Below are positions 1-10,393 of a stretch of DNA of 64,000 nucleotides, piece after piece. Source of the stretch: Sedimentisphaerales bacterium (GTDB lineage Bacteria; Planctomycetota; Phycisphaerae; Sedimentisphaerales; SM23-30). The DNA is taken from assembly GCA_963663805.2 (NCBI GenBank), contig CAXXMR010000003.1:96001-160000 (forward strand), read 5' to 3'. The notes beneath the pieces were generated by a model that saw only the letters and a program-made list of their open reading frames with translations, did no database searches and was not told the DNA's origin. The translations under genes and the position numbers were made by a program. Numbering within the stretch: the stretch's first letter is position 1; the number at the start of each line of letters is the position of its first letter.

Positions 1-96
1 CTGACCCAACAGCGTCAGAACCATCTCTTTAAGAGTGGCAACATCATCGGGAAGCTGCTCGACAGAGCTTTGAGCGGTTATCTTTTCAGCCATCAT
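1..96 (-). CDS. tnpC: IS66 family transposase TnpC, N-terminal part (runs off the window)
   Basis: Manual translation MMAEKITAQSSVEQLPDDVATLKEMVLTLLGQ; LPDDxxxLK start typical of IS66 TnpC; lies downstream of IS66 tnpB. Confidence 0.75.
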   Translation of the reverse strand, partial: MMAEKITAQSSVEQLPDDVATLKEMVLTLLGQ

Positions 97-212
97 CAAT
101 CCGTAACGTTTAGTAACTTCGTCATCCTTAACGATGAGATTATGATAAGCGAAATGATGAAAAAAGCAAGCATAAAAATGAGAAAATATGTAATATTCTT
201 AACTCTAAGAGC

Positions 213-572
213 CTATAGCGAGCTTTTACGCTCATAGCGTTTTCGGCGGCGACTGCGAAATAAATCAATGCCTTCCAGTATCCAGCTTAGCTTGGCAATA
301 TCAACTTCGATTGATGCCTGATTATTTTTGCCGGGGATTTTTTCAAACGTGCCTTCCTCCAGCCGCTTATACCAAACGACGAATCCGGTGCGGTCCCAGA
401 AAAGAATCTTACATTTGTCGCCGCGTTTATTGAAGAACACAAACAGATGGCCGCTGAACGAATCTTGAAGCATGAAGTTTTCCGCCAGCATCGAAAGCTT
501 GTTAAAACCGCAACGCATATCCGTCGGCTGAGAGTAAATGAAAATCTTCACCGCCGGGGGCAGAGTTAGCAT
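213..572 (-). CDS. tnpB: IS66 family accessory protein TnpB (not the RNA-guided nuclease)
   Basis: Motifs PTDMRCGFNKL, LFVFFNKRGDKCKILFWDRTGF, KRLEEGTF. Confidence 0.95.
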   Translation of the reverse strand: MLTLPPAVKIFIYSQPTDMRCGFNKLSMLAENFMLQDSFSGHLFVFFNKRGDKCKILFWDRTGFVVWYKRLEEGTFEKIPGKNNQASIEVDIAKLSWILEGIDLFRSRRRKRYERKSSL

Positions 573-596
573 AGCTTTGCCTGTTTTAGCGCGGAA
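566..596 (-). pseudogene. 3' stub of IS66 tnpA, cut by IS21
   Basis: Reads SALKQAKLC* with ATGCTAA overlapping the tnpB start, as in IS66 tnpA/tnpB coupling. Confidence 0.5.
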
Positions 597-732
597 TGGT
601 GATTAGCATTAAAAATGGAGCCAGATTTGCGGGTTTTCTCTTCTGAAAAAGCATCGAAAAAGGAGCCACTGTAAAAGGCCGATAAGATGTGTTTAAGATA
701 CGTAACATTTTAGACACAGGAGGCTTAGAAAG

Positions 733-2220
733 GTGCTTACAGTGGAGCATTATGAGATTATCAGACGTAAAGTTCGTGATGGGATATCGCAACGTGAGGT
801 TGCCCTGGAGCTGGGGCATTCGCGTAACACGGTGGCCAAGGCCCTGAAAAATCCGATTCCGCCGGGCTATCGGCTCAGTCAGCCGCGGGTCAAGGCTGTC
901 ATGGATCCCTTCGCGCACATTATTGACACCTGGCTGGAATCTGACAAAAAGGTTCGGCGTAAGCAGCGGATGCAGGCGACCAAAATGTATCAGCGGCTTT
1001 GTGACGAGTATGGTTTCACCGGTCATTACAGCACTGTCCAGCGGTATATCAAGGAAGCGAGTAATCGCCAAAAAGAAGCTTACCTGCCGTTAGCGTTTGA
1101 GTTTGGCGAAGAAGCCCAGGTTGACTGGCATGAAGCTAACATTAAAGAAAACGGCAGGGAGAAGAAGGTCTACGTTTTTTGCATGAAGCTGTGCTGTTCT
1201 AAGGCTCCTTTTGTTTGTGCTTACGAGAGCATGAAGATCGAATGTTTTCTTGACGGCCATGTCCGGGCGTTTGAATATTTCGGCGGCGTGCCCAAACGCA
1301 TTGCTTACGACAATTTAAAAACTGCGGTTCTAAAGGTTCTCAAAAAAGGCAAGCGTCGGCTCAACCGCAAATTCGTAGAGCTTAAGAGTTGGTATTTGTT
1401 TGACACTCGTTTTTGCAATGTCGCTAAAGGTAATGAAAAAGGCGATGTCGAGAATCTCGCCAAGCGAAGTGAAAGGCAGTTCTTCTCTCCGGTTCCGAGA
1501 GTTACCGATATGGCTCAGCTGAATGAGATGCTGATTGCTCAGTGTATCAAAGAACTGGATCGCCAGGGCCCTGCACCTCATACGAATAAAACCATTGGCG
1601 ATTTATTTGCGGAAGAGAAAACACATTTATACGAACTGCCTGAGCAGAAGTTTGAAGCCTGTCGTCGAATATCCACCTTTGCGGACAAACAGCTTACAGT
1701 ACGGGTTGATACTAACCGGTATTCGGTGCCGACGGAGTATGCCTATCAATCTTGCCAGGTCAAGGTATTCGTTGACCGGGTTGACCTGTTCTATAAAAAT
1801 GAGCTGGTTGCCTCGCATTCCAGATGTTACGATAAAGACCAGTATATCCTGGATCCGCTGCATTATATCAAACTTTTAGAGCGTAAGCCCGGTTCGCTGG
1901 ATAATGCTCGGCCATTCAAGGGCCAGCCCTGGGGCGAAGATTTCACCTTGATGCGAACAGAGCTTGAATATCGATACGGCAGTGAAGGGACCGGTAAATA
2001 CATCAACATCCTGCTGCTCTTTATCAGGCATCCGCAAAAAGAAGTTGAACATGCCGTTGGTGTTTGTGTCAAGTGCCGGGCGTTCAGCGATGAAGCGGTG
2101 GAAAGCTTTTTACGTAACGGCTCACAATTGAACCTTGCCGGCAATCAAGTCCTGGTAAACCAAGGCGATGGCAAACGCAATCTCGATGTTTATAACCAGT
2201 TGGCCGGGGAGGTAGCATGA
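733..2220 (+). CDS. istA: IS21 family transposase IstA
   Basis: N-terminal HTH; AQVDW, YDNLKTAV and KGDVE DDE motifs; NRYSVP. Confidence 0.97.
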   Translation: MLTVEHYEIIRRKVRDGISQREVALELGHSRNTVAKALKNPIPPGYRLSQPRVKAVMDPFAHIIDTWLESDKKVRRKQRMQATKMYQRLCDEYGFTGHYSTVQRYIKEASNRQKEAYLPLAFEFGEEAQVDWHEANIKENGREKKVYVFCMKLCCSKAPFVCAYESMKIECFLDGHVRAFEYFGGVPKRIAYDNLKTAVLKVLKKGKRRLNRKFVELKSWYLFDTRFCNVAKGNEKGDVENLAKRSERQFFSPVPRVTDMAQLNEMLIAQCIKELDRQGPAPHTNKTIGDLFAEEKTHLYELPEQKFEACRRISTFADKQLTVRVDTNRYSVPTEYAYQSCQVKVFVDRVDLFYKNELVASHSRCYDKDQYILDPLHYIKLLERKPGSLDNARPFKGQPWGEDFTLMRTELEYRYGSEGTGKYINILLLFIRHPQKEVEHAVGVCVKCRAFSDEAVESFLRNGSQLNLAGNQVLVNQGDGKRNLDVYNQLAGEVA

Positions 2221-2981
2221 AAGATCAAATGGTTTTATTAAAAAGCTATCTCAAGACCCTGAAGCTTCCGACAATTCAAAAAGAGTATCAGACAATTGCC
2301 CGGGCATCCGCCCAGGCAAACGAATCCTATGAAAGTTACCTGCAAAGACTGGCCGAAATCGAAGTCTTTCATCGACAGTCGCAGGCCATCGCCAGGAGAT
2401 TGAAACAGGCAAACTTCCCCATGACTAAGGAACTTGAAAGTTTTGATTTTATGGCCGTGCCGCAGATAAATAAAAAACAGATTATCGACCTTTCGATGTG
2501 CGGCTTTATCGACCGCCGCAGTAATATCGTCTTTACCGGCCCGCCGGGCGTGGGTAAAAGTCATCTGGCCATCGCCCTCGGCCGGGAAGCCTGCCGACGA
2601 GGTTATAAAGTGCGGTTTTTTACCGCTGCTGAACTGGTTAATACGTATCTCGAAGCCCGACAGGAAAGAGCGGTGTTGAAATTAGAGAGCTATATAAAAA
2701 AATGCGACCTGATCATCATCGATGAACTGGGCTATGTCCCGTTCGACCGTATCGGAGCGGAACATCTGTTCGGCTTTTTCAGCCAGTGCTATGAACAAAC
2801 CAGCCTGATCGTAACAACGAATCTGCCATTCGCCGATTGGCCCCAGGTCTTTGGCGATGATGAAAGATTAGCCGGTGCTCTGCTGGACCGACTGACCCAC
2901 CATGTGAGCGTGGTCGAAATCATAACCGACAGCTGGCGACTTAACCAGAGTTTAGAGAAAAAACGGAAAAAAGAAGGCTAA
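2217..2981 (+). CDS. istB: IS21 helper ATPase IstB
   Basis: Walker A GPPGVGKS, LIIIDELGY, LLDRLTHH. Confidence 0.97.
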   Translation: MKDQMVLLKSYLKTLKLPTIQKEYQTIARASAQANESYESYLQRLAEIEVFHRQSQAIARRLKQANFPMTKELESFDFMAVPQINKKQIIDLSMCGFIDRRSNIVFTGPPGVGKSHLAIALGREACRRGYKVRFFTAAELVNTYLEARQERAVLKLESYIKKCDLIIIDELGYVPFDRIGAEHLFGFFSQCYEQTSLIVTTNLPFADWPQVFGDDERLAGALLDRLTHHVSVVEIITDSWRLNQSLEKKRKKEG

Positions 2982-3277
2982 GAAAGCCTCAATCCAACGA
3001 AAAAGGACCAGAATCCCTATTGACAACGCCGAAATCGGCGTTATTTTACTAACCTAAGTGGCTCAGATTTCGATGCAAATCTGGCTCCATTTTCAATACT
3101 AATCACCATCGGCAGGTCGGAAAGGCCAAATTCCAATTCGAGATGATTCAGCAGGCACATAAATTCCCTGCAAAAAAACTACATCGCAGATTTCGGCCTT
3201 TCCGCAACAGGAATCAACTAAAAAAAACGGTGCCCTGCTATATCGGACACCATTTTAGATTATCACTCCAGCTTCGT

Positions 3278-4477
3278 TTAGGCTTTACGACGACGCCAAA
3301 TCGAACCAACCACCAGCATTATCAATACGCTTGGCTCAGGAACGCAATAGGTCGCTACCTTAATATCTTTAATCAACCAATCGCCAGCAACCTGCCACTC
3401 AAACCATTCACTGCTGGGCTGCGGAGTAATCGTCCATTCATAAGTCTGCAGAAAGTCGCCATTACCAAGGTCCATCGCACTGGTTGTGCCACCGGTAAAA
3501 TTCCAGACTCCTTCCGGACTGCCGTGCAATGCCGAATTCAAAGGCGAGGCAATTCCTCCGGCGCCCTCCTGATGAAAAATAAACTGCAAATACACATTTT
3601 TAACATTTTCCTCAATCAGATAATTCTCCACATCCAGCCGGTAAACATAATCATAAGGCTCACCAGTAACTTTTGTCACCTTCATGGTCCCCTCGCCCAG
3701 ATCGAACGTTTCCGAAGTGTCTTCGGTTGGTGTACGCCCATCAAAAGTCCACCGTAAACGAGTTTTCATATTACGCGGAATCTTATCCTCGTCCAGCCAC
3801 CACCACGGCTTGGAATGAGGATATAACTGATGCAGAGCGAAATAATCTGCTGAAGTGAGATCCCTTCGTTCGCCTTCGAACCAGCCCGGTTCACCCGAAC
3901 GGTCATCCATGATTCCCGGCTTCAATTGCGGATGAGCGTCATAAAACGCCTGATACTGATGCTGCAAACCCAGGGCATGACCAATCTCATGCTTGGCCAC
4001 CGTTCTTAAATCCCACTCGTCAGCCGCTGGGTTATTATTTACATTGTAGTTCCACTTCTTCGTGCTGTTGAAATATATCTCATCCGTCGGAAATTTCGTG
4101 CTGTCCGGAAATCCGGGCTTGTCCTTGAAATCATTGGGATAAGTAAAACCTACCGCGTCCATTCCCGGCAATCCAAACAATCGCGCCCCTTCCCAACGCA
4201 TACTGATATTCTTCGCACCGCCCCCTTCCACGATATTATCCGGGTTGCACAACGCCTCATCCCATTCCTCAAAAGCCTCACGAATTGTCGCCTTCTGCTC
4301 CGCTGTCCAGTCGCCACCCGCCGGCGGGACTGAAGTCGTATCATTAAACTCAAATCGAATCGGATTCCCTGCCCAGTGACCATCTGTCCCCCAAGCGCCT
4401 TGCCACGTCGCACCGCCGTTGCCATAAGCAATTACCCCCAACAACAAAATCAGAATTAAACACCATCGAAGTTTCAT
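3278..4477 (-). CDS. Secreted matrixin-like (M10) zinc metalloprotease with PEP-CTERM sorting signal
   Basis: Signal peptide; HEIGHALGLQH metzincin motif; C-terminal VPEPS + hydrophobic segment + RRRK. Confidence 0.9.
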   Translation of the reverse strand: MKLRWCLILILLLGVIAYGNGGATWQGAWGTDGHWAGNPIRFEFNDTTSVPPAGGDWTAEQKATIREAFEEWDEALCNPDNIVEGGGAKNISMRWEGARLFGLPGMDAVGFTYPNDFKDKPGFPDSTKFPTDEIYFNSTKKWNYNVNNNPAADEWDLRTVAKHEIGHALGLQHQYQAFYDAHPQLKPGIMDDRSGEPGWFEGERRDLTSADYFALHQLYPHSKPWWWLDEDKIPRNMKTRLRWTFDGRTPTEDTSETFDLGEGTMKVTKVTGEPYDYVYRLDVENYLIEENVKNVYLQFIFHQEGAGGIASPLNSALHGSPEGVWNFTGGTTSAMDLGNGDFLQTYEWTITPQPSSEWFEWQVAGDWLIKDIKVATYCVPEPSVLIMLVVGSIWRRRKA

Positions 4478-4516
4478 TACCGTACCTCCTTCCAGGACTA
4501 TTTGTCAAATACTGCA

Positions 4517-4960
4517 CTATTTTATCACAGGTTTCAACCTGCTCATATCAATCACAAACTGCTGACCATCACCTCGCTCATCATTCATCAGAATCACCCG
4601 AACCCACAACTCACTTTCAACTTCAATAGTATCTTCCAGATAAACTTGTTTCCCTGCTGCTGAGACGTCCAAACTATGCCGTCCCCGTGCTAATTTAATT
4701 TCACGCTCGACATAACCATGTCCTGTACCCCGGACAACTGGGTCATTGAAAGCCAACTTCCCGTCAATCTCTATTTTTACCGTAGGATTCTCAATAAAAC
4801 TGCTGTTGGTTACCCAAAAATGAACTGTCATCTCCACCTCTTCTGACTCATTTTCTTCTCTTTTTTGATCAGAACATCCCCCTGCCATTATAAATAAAAG
4901 GGCCATCCCCAAATACCCAAGCATGACACACTTCAGCAGTAGGCTATACCTGCTCCGCAT
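4517..4960 (-). CDS. Hypothetical lipoprotein
   Basis: GAGGAGG RBS; hydrophobic N-terminus ending AGGC; PEGA-like beta-rich body. Confidence 0.65.
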   Translation of the reverse strand: MRSRYSLLLKCVMLGYLGMALLFIMAGGCSDQKREENESEEVEMTVHFWVTNSSFIENPTVKIEIDGKLAFNDPVVRGTGHGYVEREIKLARGRHSLDVSAAGKQVYLEDTIEVESELWVRVILMNDERGDGQQFVIDMSRLKPVIK

Positions 4961-5075
4961 TTTACCTCCTCAAATATAACCGCTTTAATCCAGAAAACAG
5001 ATAACTTACCTCTAGCCCAAAAGACTCCGGGGCTGATATTCGAGTATACAACATTATTGTGGATTGTCAAATCAC

Positions 5076-5156
5076 CTAGAGGATATGCAGCGAGTTGTTG
5101 TCGCTCGCCCTAATACGGAATGGCGGCTTATCTTTGCTTTGGCCCGATATGATGGT
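5076..5156 (+). pseudogene. Short fragment of a tyrosine recombinase (integrase)
   Basis: LEDMQRVVVARPNTEWRLIFALARYDG resembles the ...PDAEWRLIFALARYGGLR segment before the catalytic Arg of planctomycete integrases. Confidence 0.5.
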
Positions 5157-5205
5157 TTCTGGCAAGAAGAAGGTGGGATTGTTATATTGGAAGGCGCCAA
5201 TGCTT

Positions 5206-5610
5206 TTATATTCTTGGCAGCAATCCCCCCCACATCTCCCGCTGCCTCTCCCAACAAACTTCCCGGACAATGGGCCGAATCTTAGTTTCCGGTATCGGCT
5301 CCCGCCCCTGAGTGATAGGTGGCAGGAACAGAATTTCTTCCTGGATGTCGGGTGCCAGGTGCAGCATGTTCATAATCTGTGTCACTCGAGCCCGACTGAC
5401 ATGCCCCAGTTGGGCCAGGTCCGCCTGGCTATAAACTCCGCCCTGTTCGAGCAAACTCTCGAAATGGTAGGCCAGGGCCATCAAGCGTGAAAGTCGCGGC
5501 ACGCGGCCACTGGGCGTATCCACAACGGGGGCTGGGCCGCGTTTTATTCGTTTACGCCCGCGCTGGCCGGTGGGGAAATGAACATCAAACGTCTTGGTTA
5601 TATCTGCCAT
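5206..5610 (-). CDS. HTH-like hypothetical protein usually encoded after prophage large serine recombinases
   Basis: GRVPRLSRLMALA...GHVSRARVTQIMNMLHLAPDIQEEILFL; directly downstream of the recombinase fragment. Confidence 0.8.
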   Translation of the reverse strand: MADITKTFDVHFPTGQRGRKRIKRGPAPVVDTPSGRVPRLSRLMALAYHFESLLEQGGVYSQADLAQLGHVSRARVTQIMNMLHLAPDIQEEILFLPPITQGREPIPETKIRPIVREVCWERQREMWGGLLPRI

Positions 5611-6249
5611 TTAATTCACTCCTGCCTGGGTGAGGGCTCCGATATTAGCCTGATGAAACGTTATATGAATTTTATCCTGGCCGCTATCCCAGGAAATCTG
5701 TTTTACCAGCAAATTCATGAGTTTGGCCTTTTCCTGCGACCCCAGCGCATTCCACATCGGATCAAAAGCCTCAATCGATCCCACCAATTCATCGGAATTG
5801 AGCATCTGTTTTTCCAGGGCCGCTATTTGGATATTGATCCTCGCTATCTCGGCCTGATGCTGCTTCATCTGCTGTTCATATGATTGCATCTCCTGGGCCG
5901 CCGCCTCATCTTGTCTGGCCCGGCCGGCGGCTTTGCCCGTCCGTTTACTTAATTGCCGGATGCGTCTTTCTTTTTTGCCGCGTTCTTTCTTAAGGGATTC
6001 AATCTCGCCCTGCATTTTTGCCAGGGCACTCTGGACGCAGTCCCGCAATACTCCAGTGTCCTGACCGATACCCCTGATCTGATCAACCACAAACCGTTCC
6101 AGTTCCGGCGCTGGCAATGAAGGCCCGGGGCAGGTACTCCAACCCTGTTTCTGGGCTTTAAGGCAGACATAATAGCGATATCGTTTATTCGGCTTGCTGG
6201 AATAATGATGCGTCATGGCACAGCCGCAATGTTGACAACGTAGCAACCC
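5611..6249 (-). pseudogene. Large serine recombinase, C-terminal part only (zinc ribbon + coiled coil)
   Basis: GLLRCQHCGCAM...YRYYVC...CP...APELERFVV; catalytic resolvase domain absent. Confidence 0.88.
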
Positions 6250-6626
6250 TACTGGCGGAATTCGGCTTGAACCAACAGGCCATAGGGCTTTATGAACGGT
6301 CCGCCAAACTGGATCATAACTATTGTGTGCCGCGCTGGAATCTGGCTTACCTATTTAAATCCCAGGGTAGTATTATTCCGGCCATTCAGGTCTTCAATGA
6401 CCTGGCCCGCATCGAACCGGAAGATTACCGCATCTTCGGGGAACTGGGTTTCTTATTACACCGGCATGGGGACCTAAATCTGGCCATCAAGAACTGGGGC
6501 AAATCTCTGCATCTTAACCCCCAGCAGCCTCAAATAATATCAGCTTTAGCGGAGTTAATCGCGGCAAAATCTGAAAATCCAGAATTGTCTCCTTCGACGG
6601 GCCAAAAACACATGGGAGGTTCGTAA
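6246..6626 (+). pseudogene. TPR-repeat protein, 5'-truncated
   Basis: TPR helices; frame open back to about 6246 with no good start or RBS. Confidence 0.7.
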
Positions 6627-6631
6627 AGACC

Positions 6632-7519
6632 ATGACTGACAAGTTGAAATGTTCGGTGGGTGTTTTTGCATATAATGAGGAAAAGCAGATAGAAGCCATG
6701 CTGCAGTCTCTGCTGGATCAATCCTGTGACAAGATTCAAATCAGCGAAATCCTGGTAATGTCCTCGGGAAGTACCGACCGCACGAACGAAATTGTCGCGG
6801 AGTTGATGAAAAGCTGCGCTAAAATAAAGTTACACAATAGCAGTGTCCGGGCCGGTAAGGCGGCAGCTATTAATGAGTTTCTGGGGCTGGCCCAAGAAAA
6901 GATTGTGGTGATCGCCAATGCCGATACCCGCCTGACCCCAACCTGCATTGAACATTTAATATTACCCCTGCAAGATAATTCGACAGGGATGACGGGAGGG
7001 CATGCGGTGCCGATAAATCCCGACCGTAGTTTCACCGAAAAAGCTGCAAAATGGTTGTGGGCACTCCATCATCAGATTGCTTTAATGAGCCCCAAACTGG
7101 GGGAGTTGATAGCCCTGCGGCGTGATATTGTCGATCAGATAGACCATTCTACCGCGGTTGACGAGGCTTCGATTGAATATCTGATGCTAAAAAAACACAA
7201 ACATATCGTTTATGTTCCTGAGGCAATTCTCTATAACTGCGTGCCGCGTAAATTCAGTGACTTTATCTGCCAGCGCCGCCGCATCAATGTCGGCCATCTC
7301 AAGCTCAAAAAACAACATCGATACCGGGTCTCCACCCTGTCAACCCACCGGGTTCTTAAGGCTGTCTGGCAATCCGGGCTGGTTTTTCATCCCCTGCAGT
7401 TTCTATATCTGGCATTCTGTGAGTCCCTGGCCCGCACCCTGGCTCGTTTTGACATAGTCCGCGGCCGCAACCATCATATCTGGAAAATGGTTGGTAGCAC
7501 AAAATCTTTCAAAAGTTAA
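6632..7519 (+). CDS. Glycosyltransferase family 2
   Basis: VGVFAYNEE, SGSTDRT, GKAAAIN, NAD, QRRR motifs. Confidence 0.92.
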   Translation: MTDKLKCSVGVFAYNEEKQIEAMLQSLLDQSCDKIQISEILVMSSGSTDRTNEIVAELMKSCAKIKLHNSSVRAGKAAAINEFLGLAQEKIVVIANADTRLTPTCIEHLILPLQDNSTGMTGGHAVPINPDRSFTEKAAKWLWALHHQIALMSPKLGELIALRRDIVDQIDHSTAVDEASIEYLMLKKHKHIVYVPEAILYNCVPRKFSDFICQRRRINVGHLKLKKQHRYRVSTLSTHRVLKAVWQSGLVFHPLQFLYLAFCESLARTLARFDIVRGRNHHIWKMVGSTKSFKS

Positions 7520-7522
7520 GAA

Positions 7523-8038
7523 ATGACAAAGCAGATGATTATTACCAACCTCCCTTCGAAAACCTCAAACAAACCAGTAAAAATCTGTCTCTCAGATAAT
7601 CGGCCCCGGCTGATTAATCAATTTATCCGCTTTGGCCTGGTGGGACTCTCGGGCATGGCAGTCGGTTTGGGCGTATTAAATCTGAGTATGGTAATATATG
7701 AAAATTTTATCCTCGCCAATCTGGTCGCATTTCTGGCCGCGGTTACCTGGAACTTCTTTCTGAACCGCCGCTTCACCTTCCAGAGCCGGGAAATCACCAT
7801 ATTTCGCCAGTGGTGTCGCTTCGTACTGGCTTGCCTGACCGGCGCTGCGGCCAACTGGGCTGTCTCCATGACTCTTTATTACTCTGTGGGATATTTCCGT
7901 AGCCACTTCAACCAAGCCGCCCTGATTGGTGTAGCTACAGGCTTTATTGCGAATTTTTTTCTTTCCAAACGATTTGTCTTCCAGGCCTGTGCCAAACCTG
8001 TCGTTGAAACTACCCCCAACTGCCCCGAAAGGAATTGA
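7523..8038 (+). CDS. GtrA family flippase-like membrane protein
   Basis: QFIRFGLVG...NFFLNRRFTF...NFFLSKRFVF. Confidence 0.92.
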   Translation: MTKQMIITNLPSKTSNKPVKICLSDNRPRLINQFIRFGLVGLSGMAVGLGVLNLSMVIYENFILANLVAFLAAVTWNFFLNRRFTFQSREITIFRQWCRFVLACLTGAAANWAVSMTLYYSVGYFRSHFNQAALIGVATGFIANFFLSKRFVFQACAKPVVETTPNCPERN

Positions 8039-8039
8039 T

Positions 8040-8672
8040 ATGCTCAGGATATTATATCTTATTTCACTCGCATGCGTCGTATTAACCAGCGGGTGTTCTG
8101 AGAGGGAACTTCGGTATGCACCAAATTTGCCTGCAATCCCCTCCAATGAAACTTGTGAAGTAACTATTATACAAGAAAGTGAAAATCCTTCATCACAACT
8201 TGAATTGCCTTTACCACCCGAGTTGGTTTTCGTGGAGCAATCGCACGATTTTGGCAAAGTTAAGGCTGGCGAAAAAGTAAGCCACAAATTTGAATTTGTA
8301 AATGCCGGTAATGCTCCTTTGGAAATTGGCAGAATAAAAACCTCCTGTGGCTGTACCGTTGCGAAACTTGTTCAGAAAACCCTTGCTTCGGGCGAAAGCT
8401 CGGAATTGGAAGTTGTTTTTTCTGTGGGCAACAACCCCGGACAGCGTACTCGTACCATAAGTGTTGCCAGCAATGACCCTGCCCAGCCAACTGTTAATCT
8501 AACTGTAACCGCCGATGTAATAGCAAAGCCTCGTTCGAAAGAAGCTAATCTTGCTGCCACCAGATCAATAAAAGTTAAATCTCACTCTCCCAGAACAAGT
8601 CAACACTCAACGGGCAGCCACAGCCAAGCTCAGCCCCAACGCCTTATTATCCGTCGCCCTCGAAGCCAGTAG
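8040..8672 (+). CDS. DUF1573 domain lipoprotein
   Basis: AAGGA RBS, LTSGC lipobox, HDFGKV, NAGNAPLEI, SCGCT. Confidence 0.88.
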   Translation: MLRILYLISLACVVLTSGCSERELRYAPNLPAIPSNETCEVTIIQESENPSSQLELPLPPELVFVEQSHDFGKVKAGEKVSHKFEFVNAGNAPLEIGRIKTSCGCTVAKLVQKTLASGESSELEVVFSVGNNPGQRTRTISVASNDPAQPTVNLTVTADVIAKPRSKEANLAATRSIKVKSHSPRTSQHSTGSHSQAQPQRLIIRRPRSQ

Positions 8673-8712
8673 TATATCCTTTCCTGTATCATCTGAATTT
8701 CGGAAAAGCTTA

Positions 8713-9165
8713 TCATTCGCTTGCAATCTCTCCCACCCGAACATTACCGTAATCCTGCCCAAATTCCGGGCAGTACCACTGGCTGCCCGCCACAAGAACC
8801 CGATTCCCATCAGCAACAACATCTTCTATGGAGCTATATTGATACGACCCCTTAGCTATGACCTCCCAATCCACACCATCCCACCGCACCAGCGTCGCCT
8901 GGCCTATATTACCATCAAACCCTCCACCTAAGGCATGCCAATTCATCCCATCCCACACAGCGACACGCAGGGCATCAACACCGGCGACACGACTGAACGT
9001 GCCGCCCAGAACAATATCGCTGTCTAATCCCGCCAGACAGTTAATCCGGGCATCGACATAACTGTAAATTTCTGTCCAATTGTCGCCATCCAGGCGATAA
9101 ACACCATCGGGGTTTACCGCGTATAAATCATCGTTAATGAAATGCAGATTCGATACCGTTACCGA
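8713..9165 (-). pseudogene. Fragment of a secreted beta-propeller repeat protein
   Basis: LGGTFSRVAGVDALRVAVWDGMNWHALGGG and WDG repeats; no real start; abuts the mtnA fragment. Confidence 0.6.
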
Positions 9166-9757
9166 AGGTTCGACGGTGCTGACACATTGCAATGCGGGCG
9201 GCCTGGCAACGGCGGATTATGGTACCGCTCTGGCCTTGATGTTCACTGCCCATGAGCAGGGCCGTAATTTTAGAGTTTATGCCGACGAGACCCGGCCGCT
9301 CTTGCAGGGGGCGCGACTGACGGCCTGGGAACTGCAAAAGGCCGGTATTGATGTGACGCTAATCTGTGATAACATGGCCGGTCACCTGATGAGTCTGGGC
9401 AAGATTGACCTGATTATTACCGGTGCCGACCGCATCGCTGCCAACGGCGATGCCGCCAATAAAATCGGTACGTACAGCCTGGCAGTGCTTGCTAAGGCCC
9501 ACGGTGTTCCGTTTTATATCGCTGCCCCTTCCAGTACGTTTGACCAGAGCATCCCCGACGGCAGTTGTATCCCCATTGAGCAGCGTGACGGGCGGGAGAT
9601 AACCCACCCCGGCGGCTTACAGATCGCCCCCAAAAACATCCAGACCTACAACCCGGCATTCGATGTGACCCCGCACGAATATATCGCCGCTTTGATAACC
9701 GAACGTGGAGTAATCAAAAAGCCCGATGCCCAAAAAGTCGCCGAGCATCTGCGATAA
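9155..9757 (+). pseudogene. mtnA: S-methyl-5-thioribose-1-phosphate isomerase, 5'-truncated
   Basis: [48 protein letters not shown]-terminal domain missing. Confidence 0.92.
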
Positions 9758-9822
9758 TAAGTAATAGGATAAACCGCAAAAAAGCCTTGCAAAAGCTGGA
9801 GTTAGCGATAATATATCGCCAT

Positions 9823-9897
9823 GCGCCCGTAGCTCAGCCCGGATAGAGCAACTGATTTCTAATCAGTAGGTCACAGGTCCGAATCCTGTCGGGCGTA
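9823..9897 (+). tRNA. tRNA-Arg(TCT)
   Basis: Acceptor GCGCCCG/CGGGCGT, D arm GCTC/GAGC, anticodon stem ACTGA/TCAGT with loop TTTCTAA, T arm ACAGG/CCTGT; no encoded CCA. Confidence 0.93.
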
Positions 9898-10137
9898 TTT
9901 CTTAACTCTTTAAAATATGGAGAGTTATAAAGAATGGTCAAAAATATTATTATGGCACCTATGCCCCAAACTATGTCCGATGAATGTAAGGTTTCGGTAA
10001 ACTACACTCCGGTTGGCGGTTGCTTTTTCGGGTTTTGGGTGGGTTAGCTTTTTGGGGCTTTCCGGTTGGCGGGCAGGAGGATGTCGATTTGGTTGGTGGG
10101 GGTGGTAGTGATTTTTCTCATTTGTCGTCCCGTTTTC

Positions 10138-10213
10138 TGAAGAACACGAACAGATAGCCCGCTTAACGGAACCTTGAAGCATGAAGTTTTCCGCCAGCAT
10201 GGAAAGTTTGTTA
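10138..10213 (-). pseudogene. Degenerate internal fragment of IS66 tnpB
   Basis: Closely matches about 431-504 (shared CTTGAAGCATGAAGTTTTCCGCCAGCAT) with indels. Confidence 0.8.
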
Positions 10214-10393
10214 TCTTTAAAAGAGGGGTGGGGGTGCTCTTATTATAGGATGGTTTTGTGGTTAAGGGCATTTTTGAGCGTTTAGGGGGGAAAACAGGCC
10301 TTATTTTCCGCGCGGAAATGGCTCACGACGCTGTTTTTTTTAAATTTTTTAAAAAAAATTGCGTTTTTGGGTGAAATTTTACGGTTTTTTTAG

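Larger units (their letters stand above)
597..3108 (+). mobile_element. IS21 family insertion sequence
   Basis: 32-bp terminal IRs TGGTGATTAGCATTAAAAATGGAGCCAGATTT / AAATCTGGCTCCATTTTCAATACTAATCACCA (2 mismatches), TG..CA ends, subterminal GAGCCA repeats, istA-istB inside. Confidence 0.95.

Noticed and set aside
213..572. RNA-guided TnpB nuclease
   Set aside because: This is the 119-aa IS66 accessory protein with no RuvC motifs; the IS200 copies carry tnpA only.
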